Shown: piece after piece, positions 1 through 12,270 of the stretch
Layout of the letters: every line of letters starts with the position of its first letter
How positions within the stretch are numbered: position 1 is the stretch's first letter
Source: Nemertoderma westbladi
Lineage: Eukaryota > Animalia > Xenacoelomorpha
DNA: 64,000 bases
Direction: 5' to 3'
Assembly: GCA_032718475.1 (NCBI GenBank)
Contig: JAUCBJ010000678.1
Span: forward strand, 1 to 64,000
Position numbers and translations under genes: made by a program
Notes under the pieces: generated by a model
The model's input: the letters and a program-made list of their open reading frames with translations, nothing else
Told to the model about the DNA's origin: nothing
Databases searched by the model: none

Positions 1-1156
1 AATTCACTACACTAGTCGAAACCAATCTGTGCGCGATCATTCACCCGCTGGATATACCCGGGAGATTGGGTTCGACGGCTTAATTTTATTGCTATGTAAG
101 CCTAATGTATTATTCGACTGACAGTATTATATAATCTCTGACAATATTATTCACCTTCGGGAAATATTAACAGTTCCTTTAGGACGTGGCGCTCTATCTA
201 TATAAACAGAGTTATGACTTAAACTACTCACAACGATATGGCTTAGTTACAATTCACATATATGGCGCATTCTTTAGGAAATGCTTCGTTATCAGTCTCA
301 CTCATACACAATGCTGCACAATACTGCACACTGATCTGCCGATCTTCACTGATTTTAGTCACATATAAAAGGAACACGGACCGAATCATGTAGGGTCTAT
401 CAAATAACATTAGATTCACTTCAAACCACTCAACATAGGTCGCAATCATTTATCTGTAACCTTTCTCTCTTACCTTCGGTATATCAAGAATATTGGGTTT
501 TCGGGGTTATTTGTCGTTATTCCAAATATAATAATTCATCAACCATATTATGAAGAACTGACAGTAAATAGCAGTATAACAATATAAAAGTATGCACAGT
601 GTTACACAGTATGCAGTGTATGCAGTACTGCAGTATGCAGTATGCAGACATCAGTATGCAATATGCAGACATCAAACATCAGACATCAGTTTGCAATATG
701 CAGATAACGGATATATGTCCTTATAATTAAGCCTACTAGTGTAGGACTAAAAACTGAAAACACGGAGGTGCCAAAAGCCGGTTCTTAGGCTCTGGGCAAA
801 ACATAACACTGAACTACTGAGTTTCTGTATACACCTCTAACACAGAGACAACAAACGCTCTGATTGGTCAACCTGAACAACGAGAGAACAAAGAAACAAA
901 GAAACGTCGACGTGGCAATATCAGCTGCTAGCCGTCGTCATGGTAGCGACACTGTTTTCAAGAGTATCGAGCTTTTACGTCACGGAATTACGGATTATGT
1001 CCTCTAAAGTACAAATACAGAAGAAATAGCTTTTATGTCCGCTAAAACACCAGTACAGCAAGGACACGGCCTTTTTATGCCTGGTAAACCAACTACAGAG
1101 TATTTTACGGGAAAAATAAGGAAAAATAACCGGACAATTCAGCAAAAGCTTTTACA
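1..1156 (-). repeat. 3' LTR of BEL/Pao element A (runs off the window start)
   Basis: Direct repeat of 11115-12270 (offset 11114); only one mismatch noticed (890 A vs 12004 T). Starts TGTAAAAGC on the minus strand at 1156, directly after a purine tract. Confidence 0.85.
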
Positions 1157-1166
1157 CCGCTCCCAG
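1157..1166 (-). other. Polypurine tract of element A
   Basis: Minus strand reads ...TGGGAGCGG|TGTAAAAG at the LTR boundary; absent at the 12270 copy, as expected for a 5' LTR. Confidence 0.65.
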
Positions 1167-4166
1167 AAAATGGGATTTTCAGTCTATAAAATATAAAAAT
1201 CACAGTTTCTAAAACATAAAGATACTCTAAACAGTTAGTCTTTCTTACGCAGACGGCGTTTACGCAGTTTTTTGAGGCTAGCAAGAGTCTTTTTCTCTTT
1301 GGGGGGAGCCACTTTACTAGGAGGGCCATAACTCCTGGGTGAAGGGTGCAATATGATTGCATCAGAAGGTGTAGGATTGTGGTCGAGGTATCTGCCGTTT
1401 CGATATGCTTCTCCTCGAGCTGATTTTCCTCCGCTCGTAGCTGGATACGTTCATCCAAAAACTCTCGCAGAGAATAGGATCGTCCAAGTTCGATAACTTC
1501 TTAGAGATTCTGGATTTCCCAATCGAATTGAGATAAGGCCAATTCGTTTATCGATTGGACTTACTGTTATAACTTACGTTTATCTGAACAAACGCAGGTT
1601 TCCTTTTTGATCTTTATAAAATAGCGTTTAACTCGTTTCGTACAACGCTCTCCTTCACCTTGATGAGGGGTTGTATCGCGTTAAACGTGGACGACCATAC
1701 GGTTGGATAGTGATATTAGGTGTCCGCGTCACAATCCGGCTAGGTAAGATGGGCGGCTAGCTAGAAATCACTGTCGGAGTGTTACCGATTAATTGTTAGG
1801 GTAGCACTAGATCTTTGAACAGTGAATACAGTCCGCGAGGATCCGCGACACCACCAGGATCGCAGGTCTGAGGTCCAACTAAGGAATGAGGAGGTTTGAC
1901 CGAGTATTCCGGGACTCTGATCGTAGGTTTACTCCAGGATCGTTCGAGCCGAGTGAGCATAGGTGATACGTCAACAAGTTTCGGTTTACGTGGATGTTTA
2001 TGTCTTTCCGTTTATTAGTTGGGTCTAGGGCATTTATCGTAATAATACCAAAGACGCACGTCTGGTAGGGTAAACGCGGGTGATATTTATTTGTTGTTAC
2101 AATGCTTCTATCAAGAATTCCAAATATACGTTGGAGTTACCGCGTCCATTTGTTTCTTAAGTGTCTTTTCTTTCGAGTCGATTTCGAATAGAATTTTCGC
2201 ATTCGAATTTCCGTTTATGGTTCCGACTCCGCTGGGCAGGATATATAGTCGACATAGTCCGTATTGTGTAAATCGATAGGATGACCAGTAGTTAAGAAGC
2301 CCATATACATACCATTACGCCGCGTATATCGAGCAGCGAATTTTCTATAGTCCAACTCGCGCGAGCTGCTCTTGGGACATTGGCGGTTCGATATAACGAC
2401 CATCGTCCTCCGCAGCAGTTGGACTAACGTCGCCGCGTATTAAGCTATCAACAAACGCTTGTAAAAGTAGAGTATATCGCTCCCCGATACCAAGACCATC
2501 TTCTATCAACTCCGTCATATCTGCTATATATGAGTTTATCCATATTATAATGAGTTTATATTTAGGCGAGCGGGCGTCGCTGCCTACCCCAATCAACCCC
2601 GGACAGTACGAGATCCTCAGCGCCGATGTGTCGTCGCCGCTGTACTTTCGCCAACGACGTAGCCGCACAACGACAACGACAACCGGCACAAGTCACTCAA
2701 CTGTCCGTCCCAAAGGCTTAGATGTACTTCAGGTTTCCTTGGAGAGTTAGGTTACTTTTACGATTGCGACTAGCTACTGTAAACACACCTTAGCAGTAAC
2801 ATTCACCTATAAACTCACAAATACCACACAACTGGTCACAACTACGCACATTCGGGCCATTTGTCCGTTAGTCAATGCCTTCCAGAATGTCACTGTATTA
2901 TTATGTATCCTTGGATACTAGTAGTGCGCTATTTATTCCCTATGCTATTCAATGGGACAAGCTTTCTATTGTTCGTTTAACTCAATTCTAATTCTAGCGT
3001 GGTTGTTGCTATGGTGACATTATGCAAAGCTAGCGGTAGAATTAGAGTAATTCCAATGCATACAGATCTGGGATGTTATTTAATAGTATTCTTTAATAGT
3101 CAATGTTCGGTTTTATACATGACTTTATGAATTTTATCGGCTATTGACTATGTTTGGGAGACTTTCGCACACTCATATGCATAATAAGATAAATCTCCGC
3201 TCCCTTGATCTATTAATTAATGGAATTTTGGGAATGTTATAAATTGCGTAAAAATGGCAATTTATTAAATTCATTAAAAGGCATGAATTTAAATTATTCC
3301 CTGAAATTTTATTATTTGATAATTAAATGGACATATTTTGATTCTAGAATATGTCTGGGGACACAAGATCCTTAATTCTATGACAATTGTCTTTTTAAGA
3401 ATATCGGTAAATGCTACGATATCTTAATTGACTAGAATTGTTGAAGGATCTGAATTTACAGATTTTGATTTATTAGATATGCAAATATTAAATAATTAAT
3501 ATTTGAGATGGGCACCGATTTATTCCAGAACTTGTCTGGGGACGTTAACCACTGATTCTAGAATTTGTCTTTCAAGTATATCGGTGGGTGCCGCGATATC
3601 TTAATCGACTAGAATGACAGATGGTCAAAGGGTTTAACAGATTTATTTTGCGTTATACGCTACTGTTAAAGGGACATCACGCTACTATATGTATTATTTA
3701 ATATACGGTATGAGAGCAATATCGCACGAAGCAATGTCAGTGTGAAGAGGCAAGTCGTTTCCAAGGTCTACCCAGAGCTTGGTTTAGCCGAGACACGAGG
3801 ATCTGAACTTTGCATTCCTAATACTCTGCCTACCAATAATACTTGAATATAGTAGTGGCTTTATTGTACTTTAATAAGTACGGACATTTCATCTTACTGT
3901 AGTCACGTATTTATAATATGATACGGACAGTAAGGAAAGAGGAAAAGAATTATTTCTTGCCGTCGCATTAAATATAATACATACGTAATTAAGTAATAAA
4001 CGCGAATATATATTGCACTAATCTAGTAAATAATCGCTAAAATAACATTCTACTGAATAAAATTAAAGAAAACGATTATAATAAAATTACATAGTAATAC
4101 ATACAGAAATATAAAAATAATAAAATAATATAAAATAATAGAGTCACACACCCACTCCATATGTTG

Positions 4167-7100
4167 TTACGTTATGGAGTCCCTAGATGTTTGAAGGATT
4201 AGGGAGGTGGTCGTGGGAAGAGAATCTTGCCTTCCACAGTTTCCGGAGAGTCCTCCATTCCCTTCCGGTAAACACAAACGACCGACTGGGTGATTGAGTC
4301 GCTGCATCCCGAATACAATTCCAGGCTTCCTCTTCGTCCTGGAATAGTGACGATAGAAACATCGCTCTAAGTACACGACGGCCTTACAAAGCCGATTCCA
4401 GGAGCTATAGTGGTCCGTCGCTCCCTGCAGGAGAGGTGAGGGTCCCTGCGAGACGTCTGATGTTCCAGAGCTCCAATCGCTCTCTCTGATCTTCATGAAG
4501 GATCCACTCGCGGTGGGGAGGTCCAGATCCACGGCGTCGTCCCTGGCAATATGTAATACCGACAGATCTATCCCGGGTTCAAATAACTCCGCTCCACCCG
4601 TCCGGGTTTTAGGTTTAACTTTCTCCGCTCCCTTGGCTGGTCTAATCTCAGTCGGAGTAAGATGGGGAGGCCATTCATCCTCCTTACTCAGGAAGTCGGG
4701 TTCACCTAACCGGTCTGTAGTATCTGTCAGTTCTTGAGGAGTTGATCCTCTGGAAGCGATGTCAGTTGGATTAAATCTCTTGGGGCAATATCTCCATTGA
4801 TCTACATTGGAGCTAATATCGTCATTATCTGAGGAGTATGGTGTTCCCTCAGTTGGGTCGTCTCCCTCACTAGTATCGTCTTCCCATTCACTCACCTGGC
4901 AGACGCGATCTTGAAGCAGTCTTTCCCTGAGCGTTCTTCGGGAAGGTCCAGTAAGGTACCAACCTACTCTAGTTCTTACCGCATAGGTCTGAAGTGGTTG
5001 CGGTTGAGCAGGTCGTTTCTCCAATGTCTCCAGCGCCTCATGCGCGTTTTGACCGATTAATATTTGTACTCCAGGATAATCGGTGTCGAATCTAGGGATG
5101 TTAAGTTGTTGGGCATGATCATCTTCGTCCCAATTATAAGGTTCCACTTGGGTGGTAGCGAAGTTCTTTATTGCCACCATTTTGACTGACCTTATACTGT
5201 ATTCTCCTAGTTTATCCTGTGGAGTGGACAACTCACCTATATAATAGTCGGCAGCTACAGTAGAATTCCAAACCTGCATGATCCCTGACATGTTTAGCTT
5301 GGTTCGGAACTTGGGTTGTCCAGCAAAGATGACTTCGGCTAGTTCTTTATCGATGAATGTTCCTGTGCTACCGGAGTCCAGGAGGGCGTTCACTATATAG
5401 CTCTTCTGAGGTCCGTGGACCCGTAACTGGACTACAGGAAATTCTCGGATTCCTATATTGGAAGTTGGCGCTTTCCAAGATGGTTGTTGATCTGAAGTAG
5501 TTAGGGTGAGGTCGCTGTCTGTGTCTTTCTCATACATGAGTGCTCGATACACTGCGGTGGTGTTTATTAAGTAACAGGATTCGTTTTCGTCGGAGAACTC
5601 GTCCGTATAGAATCCTTCCATCTCAGATTGATCAGTGTCGTTCACATCACTGAATTGGACATGTAGTTCGGACTCACTTACCTGACTCGGGCTGTTTCGT
5701 TCGAATTCCGTGTGCAACAAGATATGATGTTTTGCGCCGCACTTTGCACACCTTGCGTCGGAGTAACAGGTTCGCCGTTGGTGTCCTCGTCTGAGGCAAT
5801 TATAACACAACCGCTTATCCCACATGACTTCACGTCTATCCTTTAGTGATTTCCTCAGGAATTTATCACACACATTTAAACGGTGGGGCCCATCGCACAG
5901 CACACATTTCGGCTTGATGTTACTTACTTTAACCTGTGCTATGTGGTGCACACTTGTTCTTTCCTCGGGCTTTCTCACCTGAATTCTTTTAGGAGACGTA
6001 GGAAGGGTTTTTTGTACCGGTTCCCTTCTGTCATTGGGTCGAGACTCGGATTTACTTACCTGATCTTTAGGCATTTTATTGACATAATAAGACCTGTCAG
6101 TGTCTTTCCCGCTGTCCTCTCCTTGAGAGGTTTGGCTTTCGCCGTCGTCTGTATAACACACTGGTATTACCCTTCTCCTAGAAACGGGTTTCTCACTTAC
6201 CTTGTTTTCCAGTGTCTTCTCTCTGGACTGCCTTAGGAGCTGTAATTTCACTTCTCCATCTAAGAATGACATGAGATCAGCCATGGTAGGGTCTCGTCGT
6301 TGTTGTTCCATCATATATAACACTTTCTTATCCCAGCGTGTACCTACTCCACCCTTCGGTAAAGTAGAAGCCACTGCTCTAATAACCATAGCACTCTGAT
6401 ACTCATGAGACTTACCTAGCCAATCTAATTGTCTGCAGATCTCCTGAATTTCATCGGAAAACTCTATAATCCCGCTGCTAATAAACTTTCGGGGCGCTAC
6501 CAACTTTGCATACAAATACCCAGCTATGTTATTCCTATTACCATACCTGATGTTTAGTGTATCCCAAACTTGTCTTAATCCGTCTGGATGTCCAATAAAC
6601 CTTAACGCCATTAACTTGGGAGATCCTTCCAAGCACTCGATGAGGAATCTAAGTTTCTCTCCATTAGATAGTACAGAGTTCTGTATGTTATCTTTGTAAT
6701 ATTCATTAAAAGGTAACCATCCCATCTCATCTCCACTGAACTTGACGATCTCTCCCACCTTCACCGCTTGCCGGGCTTCGGTTCTAGCCATTTGACGCGT
6801 AAAACTTTCTTGAGCCATCGTATTATTGAATAGAGAATTATCGGTATATAAGTTTCTCGGATTATTTTCAAGTCTAGATGAGATATCATTATCAACAGGT
6901 TTATAATTACCCTTAATAGGGTTTACTATAGGAGTTTCTACTTCGCTAGCAGTATAGATGCGTGTAGGCTCCACACCTTGCACATGGGATACTTCAGACC
7001 TAACGGGTTGACACATTGTTACAGGGGGTGTTGATATACCCTTTTGTAAATTTACTAATTTATCGCGTTCTAGCGCGATACTTTGCTGCACTTCTTGCAA

Positions 7101-7481
7101 CTCTAGCCTACTTTCCCTTACTGTGCCCTTGAATTGCTGGACAGTCTCCTGCATCTGCCCGAGCAGGATATCCATCCCCCGCCGTCCCTCGTCCACCCAT
7201 TCGACCGCCGAAGCGGGAGTCGCCAACGTTGTAGCGGGCGGACGATGGACAACGGGCGACCAATTATGAATATTTCGCTCGGGGTCCAGGACCTGAACTG
7301 TCTCCGGGGCAGTTCTACGGGGCACAGGTAGCTTAGTGCTATGCAGAGGGAATTTAGAGGTAATTTCAGGGAGTACAGGTGTGTCTATCACCGAAGGGGT
7401 GATTTCGAGAACAGGCCTAATTATTTCAGGCTCATCTACTATAGACCTAAATAACACCAACTTAGGTAGTACAGAACCCAC
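4167..7481 (-). CDS. BEL/Pao Gag-protease fused in frame to post-RNaseH and integrase C-terminal remnants
   Basis: KFSGDEMGWLPF (DUF1759-like Gag), CVLCDGPH, CYNCLRRGH, CAKCGAKHH, ALLDSGS, then NPTDIASRG and RLNHPVGRLCLP. The ORF's N-terminal residues come from a fold-back insertion. Confidence 0.8.
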   Translation of the reverse strand: MGSVLPKLVLFRSIVDEPEIIRPVLEITPSVIDTPVLPEITSKFPLHSTKLPVPRRTAPETVQVLDPERNIHNWSPVVHRPPATTLATPASAVEWVDEGRRGMDILLGQMQETVQQFKGTVRESRLELQEVQQSIALERDKLVNLQKGISTPPVTMCQPVRSEVSHVQGVEPTRIYTASEVETPIVNPIKGNYKPVDNDISSRLENNPRNLYTDNSLFNNTMAQESFTRQMARTEARQAVKVGEIVKFSGDEMGWLPFNEYYKDNIQNSVLSNGEKLRFLIECLEGSPKLMALRFIGHPDGLRQVWDTLNIRYGNRNNIAGYLYAKLVAPRKFISSGIIEFSDEIQEICRQLDWLGKSHEYQSAMVIRAVASTLPKGGVGTRWDKKVLYMMEQQRRDPTMADLMSFLDGEVKLQLLRQSREKTLENKVSEKPVSRRRVIPVCYTDDGESQTSQGEDSGKDTDRSYYVNKMPKDQVSKSESRPNDRREPVQKTLPTSPKRIQVRKPEERTSVHHIAQVKVSNIKPKCVLCDGPHRLNVCDKFLRKSLKDRREVMWDKRLCYNCLRRGHQRRTCYSDARCAKCGAKHHILLHTEFERNSPSQVSESELHVQFSDVNDTDQSEMEGFYTDEFSDENESCYLINTTAVYRALMYEKDTDSDLTLTTSDQQPSWKAPTSNIGIREFPVVQLRVHGPQKSYIVNALLDSGSTGTFIDKELAEVIFAGQPKFRTKLNMSGIMQVWNSTVAADYYIGELSTPQDKLGEYSIRSVKMVAIKNFATTQVEPYNWDEDDHAQQLNIPRFDTDYPGVQILIGQNAHEALETLEKRPAQPQPLQTYAVRTRVGWYLTGPSRRTLRERLLQDRVCQVSEWEDDTSEGDDPTEGTPYSSDNDDISSNVDQWRYCPKRFNPTDIASRGSTPQELTDTTDRLGEPDFLSKEDEWPPHLTPTEIRPAKGAEKVKPKTRTGGAELFEPGIDLSVLHIARDDAVDLDLPTASGSFMKIRESDWSSGTSDVSQGPSPLLQGATDHYSSWNRLCKAVVYLERCFYRHYSRTKRKPGIVFGMQRLNHPVGRLCLPEGNGGLSGNCGRQDSLPTTTSLILQTSRDSIT

Positions 7482-7569
7482 AGACCAAATAATTAAAATA
7501 GAAAGACTCCCTTTCTATTTTAATTATTTGGTCTGTGGGTTCTGTACTACCTAAGTTGGTGTTATTTAG
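7447..7569. repeat. Perfect fold-back inverted duplication (59-bp arms, 5-nt loop)
   Basis: 7447-7505 is the reverse complement of 7511-7569; loop ACTCC; element B has only one arm. Confidence 0.9.
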
Positions 7570-8645
7570 TTGCCTTCTAACAGCTGGAGGCAAATCAGGC
7601 AATTTCTGACGGTGGAATGTTCTTTTACGTCTGCTTAGACGAGATCTATTTCCCTTGCCTTCAGTATCGGTGGTATCGCCTTCTTCAGATGATGTATATC
7701 CCTGTCTTTTGGGAGTAGATCGATTCATCATCTGCATATTACTAGCTGTTAACTGTTTATTTATGCAGTCTTGATTCTCCTGAATATATTCCAATTCTAG
7801 TTGAGTGGTTTCTTCAGTCGCTCTCCGTTCTGCTTCCGCCACCGCTGCCGCTTTTGCCTCTGCCGCTGCCGCTTTTGCCTTTGCCGCTGCCGCTTTTGCC
7901 TTTGCCTCGGCTTCTGCTGCTGCCGCTTTTGCCTCTGCCGCTGCTTCTGCCAAGGTCGCTTCTATTTTCTTTTTGTCTTCTATAAGTTTTTCTTTACTTG
8001 CTCTTCTTGAACTCTATTGATGCGGAGGAGTTCATCAAATTTAGCTTGGTTCGCCGCTAACATTTCCGCATCAATTGCGTCCAGCACAAGCTTGGTTCCT
8101 TCACTATTAGGGCTAAGCCCCTCCAGCCTTCTCCTCAACTCTTCATCTCCCACAAAGCGTTGATAGTCTGACAGATAGATGTCAATGGCATCTCTCTTTC
8201 GCGGCCCTTCCGCTGTCCCTTCGCTTTCTTCTTGAGAAGAAGTGGCGTCGGTTGATTCTTCATAGGTTGGCTGTTCATCATAAACCGTATCCGCCATCTT
8301 CGCTCCGCGTTCGGGCGTCCGCTCAACAGTATCCGAACTACTGGAGCTCTCGGGCCGCTGAGAACTAGGTTCTTGGCTAGGAGGTTGCTGCTGTTTGGCA
8401 GCTGCTTCTTGATCCCGCTTAACTTGGGCCCGAGTACCGATGATAGACCTACGGCGCTTCACTAACTTCGCGAATTGCGAAATTGCTTCTACTAACCTAG
8501 GTTCTGACACAGCTACTGTAGGGGTTGTCTTTCTTACAGTAGGAGGGGTTTCAGACCTCGGTCTGGGATTCTCTATACTCCTATCTGATAAACAGACTGT
8601 TGTTTCTAGGAGACTATCTGACAGAGTTTGCCTTGTGTCAGACAT
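7462..8645 (-). pseudogene. N-terminal part of element A gag (frameshift near 7990, fold-back at 7447-7569)
   Basis: ORFs 7980-8645 and 7462-7953 align with the element B Gag N-terminus (DAIDIYLSDYQRF, EETTQLE, QKLPDLPPAVRRQ); Ala/Lys/Glu low-complexity expansion. Confidence 0.75.
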
Positions 8646-10094
8646 GTTTGTTTGTACAGTTGGATGCCTACTGCTATATTACAGTCTAAGCAAGTCTAGT
8701 AATTCAGTATTAACTGCTAGCCTAGTAATTAATTACCGATACTGCTACTCAGCGTAGCGTGATATATGTAATATATTAGAATACCGGTATGCTTATAGTA
8801 TATATAAGTATTATTACAGACTAGTTTTATCACAGAATACCGGTATAATTTTAGCACAAATATATATAAATATATAATAGGCCTATCGGGAATACCGGTA
8901 TACAGCTTACAGTTTGTAGCATATATAAGTATAATTCTGGACTAGAATTAATTATAAAGTACCGGTATAATTTCAGCCTAAATTTATAGAAATAAAGATA
9001 ATAGGCCTATCGTAAATACCGGTATGCAGTTTACACTTATAGTGTATATATATAAGTATAATTACAAACTAGAATTAATTACAGAATACCGGTATGATTT
9101 CAACCTAAAATTTATAGAAATAAATATAATAAGCCTATTGTAAATACCGGTATATCAATTATTTTAAATAACTGAATTTCTGAATTTTAAGGGTTACTTG
9201 GTTACCTTAACTTACTTTATTGCCGTTATTTAAGCAGTAGTCCAACTGATATTGAGACCTAATTGTTGTATGGCAGGCCTACTATTTATAAATCGTTTGA
9301 GTTGATTTATAATATATATATACCCGTTTAAAGGGTTTTGTCAATGTTTGAAATAAATGTTATTATTTCTGGGGAGTAATCACTACACAAAGCGGTGCGC
9401 TTTCAGTGAAGTGTTACTTATAGGACACTAAAACAAATAATTCTAATTTACCTAAGTTACTTAATACTACAAATTACGTACAATTCGGGTGAGATTACAA
9501 TCTCTAAATAAACACAAAAATTTACAAAAACACAAAATACGAATTTTCAGGGTAATTTTACAAGAAGTCTACAAACCAGCCTAACAAAGGGTTAGAAACT
9601 GGTTATTACAACGGACAGGGTACTACGGTATTTGAAATAATAAGTAGTAGTAAATACACTGCGTTGTCCAGATAGGAAAATACCACCGCCTGACGAACTA
9701 TAGCCGTATCGCTATAGGTTCTACGTTATGTATCACGGAGTGTTCCTACCTAGAAGTTAATAGAGCTAATCTAACGTGCCTATCAACCACTTTACAACAC
9801 AAATATAATGCCTACACTAATTACTCTCGGAAAGCACTGTACACTAAACCCTAAATTAGGTACGAGTACTTGTACAACCAGATAATCAGTAGTTAAAAAT
9901 ACTTGAACAGCTAAAAGAACCACGGCATCTGCTGGAGTGACCGATGCACAAAATCACCAGTCTTTACCTACGCCAAGCAGCCCGTGTAGTACCGGGGTTA
10001 ATTTAACTATAGCGGTATGTATAACAAACACAATTACTGTAGGAACAAACTTGGGGAATGAATGTTGCGGATAATCGCATAAACTCTGAATAAT

Positions 10095-10670
10095 AAATAT
10101 TACGCTACGCGTACAAACTACTCAAACAAAATGCAGACCGAACACTGACAGACTACTATCAAGCCTAAACAAACTACGGTATATGCAGACTCCGAAATAA
10201 TTAGGTAGTATGCGTTCTAACCCAGTAGTACGACTTATTCTTTAGTTGGGGGTTTACCTTACAGCATTCGCTGCCCCTACTTCCTAACCGTTCTTTATCG
10301 GACAAGTGATCTACACACGCTGCAATCCGTTCAGACCTAATAACAGCCAGACAACTATCCGGCCTACAAATTATCTAAATAAAATTATACGCTACCCGTA
10401 CAGACTTACACAAACAAAGTACAGACTAAACGATGGCAGACTACTCTCAAGCCTAAATAAACTACAGGACATGCAGACTCCGAAATAATTAGGTAGTATG
10501 CGTTCTAACCCAGTAGTACGACTTATTCTTTAATTGGGGGTTTACCTTACAGCTTTCGCTGCCCCTACTTCCTAACCGTTCTTTATCGGACAGGTGATCT
10601 ACACACACTGCAATCCGTTCAGACCTAACAGCAATCAGGCAACAGTTCAACCTACAAATTGTCTGCACAA
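10095..10670. repeat. Tandem duplication of about 288 bp in the element A leader
   Basis: CAGACTACT..CAAGCCTAAA at 10149 and 10437 with long shared downstream sequence; single copy in element B (about 25650-25950). Confidence 0.75.
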
Positions 10671-11114
10671 TCTGATCAGGCTTACACGCCTTCTGTTCAA
10701 TACTGGCCTACAAACAAATAAAACTTGACAGAAATAAGTAAAATCTCAATAAAAACCAGGCATCCCCGATTAATTATTAAGACCTACCGGCATATATAAT
10801 CAAATCGAATAATACTGCTGTACTTATACGGGAAGTACCGGTTAGGACAGTTAGGCCTACCGACCTACTGAAGTACCGGTTCTGGCAGTTGGACCTACGG
10901 GCCTACGGCAGTACCGGTTCTGGCAGTTGGGCCTACTGACCTACAGATGGAACGTTCAGGTTTACCGGTTGACCGGTACTTTCAACTTTATTGCTTACTG
11001 CAATAAAGAAGCTATATCCGTTATTGTTCGCGCTTTCAGACCTTTGGCAGTTTAACCCGCCAAATTAGGATGTCTTCTAGATAATAAATCACCTTTAGTC
11101 TATGACAAGTATTT

Positions 11115-12270
11115 AATTCACTACACTAGTCGAAACCAATCTGTGCGCGATCATTCACCCGCTGGATATACCCGGGAGATTGGGTTCGACGGCTTAATTT
11201 TATTGCTATGTAAGCCTAATGTATTATTCGACTGACAGTATTATATAATCTCTGACAATATTATTCACCTTCGGGAAATATTAACAGTTCCTTTAGGACG
11301 TGGCGCTCTATCTATATAAACAGAGTTATGACTTAAACTACTCACAACGATATGGCTTAGTTACAATTCACATATATGGCGCATTCTTTAGGAAATGCTT
11401 CGTTATCAGTCTCACTCATACACAATGCTGCACAATACTGCACACTGATCTGCCGATCTTCACTGATTTTAGTCACATATAAAAGGAACACGGACCGAAT
11501 CATGTAGGGTCTATCAAATAACATTAGATTCACTTCAAACCACTCAACATAGGTCGCAATCATTTATCTGTAACCTTTCTCTCTTACCTTCGGTATATCA
11601 AGAATATTGGGTTTTCGGGGTTATTTGTCGTTATTCCAAATATAATAATTCATCAACCATATTATGAAGAACTGACAGTAAATAGCAGTATAACAATATA
11701 AAAGTATGCACAGTGTTACACAGTATGCAGTGTATGCAGTACTGCAGTATGCAGTATGCAGACATCAGTATGCAATATGCAGACATCAAACATCAGACAT
11801 CAGTTTGCAATATGCAGATAACGGATATATGTCCTTATAATTAAGCCTACTAGTGTAGGACTAAAAACTGAAAACACGGAGGTGCCAAAAGCCGGTTCTT
11901 AGGCTCTGGGCAAAACATAACACTGAACTACTGAGTTTCTGTATACACCTCTAACACAGAGACAACAAACGCTCTGATTGGTCAACCTGAACAACGAGAG
12001 AACTAAGAAACAAAGAAACGTCGACGTGGCAATATCAGCTGCTAGCCGTCGTCATGGTAGCGACACTGTTTTCAAGAGTATCGAGCTTTTACGTCACGGA
12101 ATTACGGATTATGTCCTCTAAAGTACAAATACAGAAGAAATAGCTTTTATGTCCGCTAAAACACCAGTACAGCAAGGACACGGCCTTTTTATGCCTGGTA
12201 AACCAACTACAGAGTATTTTACGGGAAAAATAAGGAAAAATAACCGGACAATTCAGCAAAAGCTTTTACA
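11115..12270 (-). repeat. 5' LTR of element A (inner end not resolved, lies below 11115)
   Basis: Copy of 1-1156; TGT terminus at 12270 interrupts the 3' region of element B (12271 CAAGTGCCTTCC is homologous to 2873 CAATGCCTTCC). Confidence 0.85.

Larger units (their letters stand above)
1..12270 (-). mobile_element. Non-autonomous BEL/Pao LTR retrotransposon (element A): Gag and protease only, RT/RNaseH/integrase core deleted
   Basis: Paired LTRs, PPT, BEL-type Gag with three zinc knuckles, protease LLDSGS; colinear with element B except for internal deletions. Confidence 0.85.

Noticed and set aside
1-1156. Segmental duplication or host genes in ORFs 186-368 and 243-449
   Set aside because: TG terminus, PPT and position show these are LTR copies; the short ORFs have no recognisable motifs.
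7975-8000. Programmed frameshift in element A gag
   Set aside because: Element B is open across this point; one missing A in a homopolymer explains it (mutation or sequencing error).
4320-8290. Element A deletions as spliced-out introns (retrotransposed spliced RNA)
   Set aside because: The corresponding boundaries in element B do not show GT..AG; short microhomologies (e.g. AAGA) fit recombination better. B is diverged, so this is not fully excluded.
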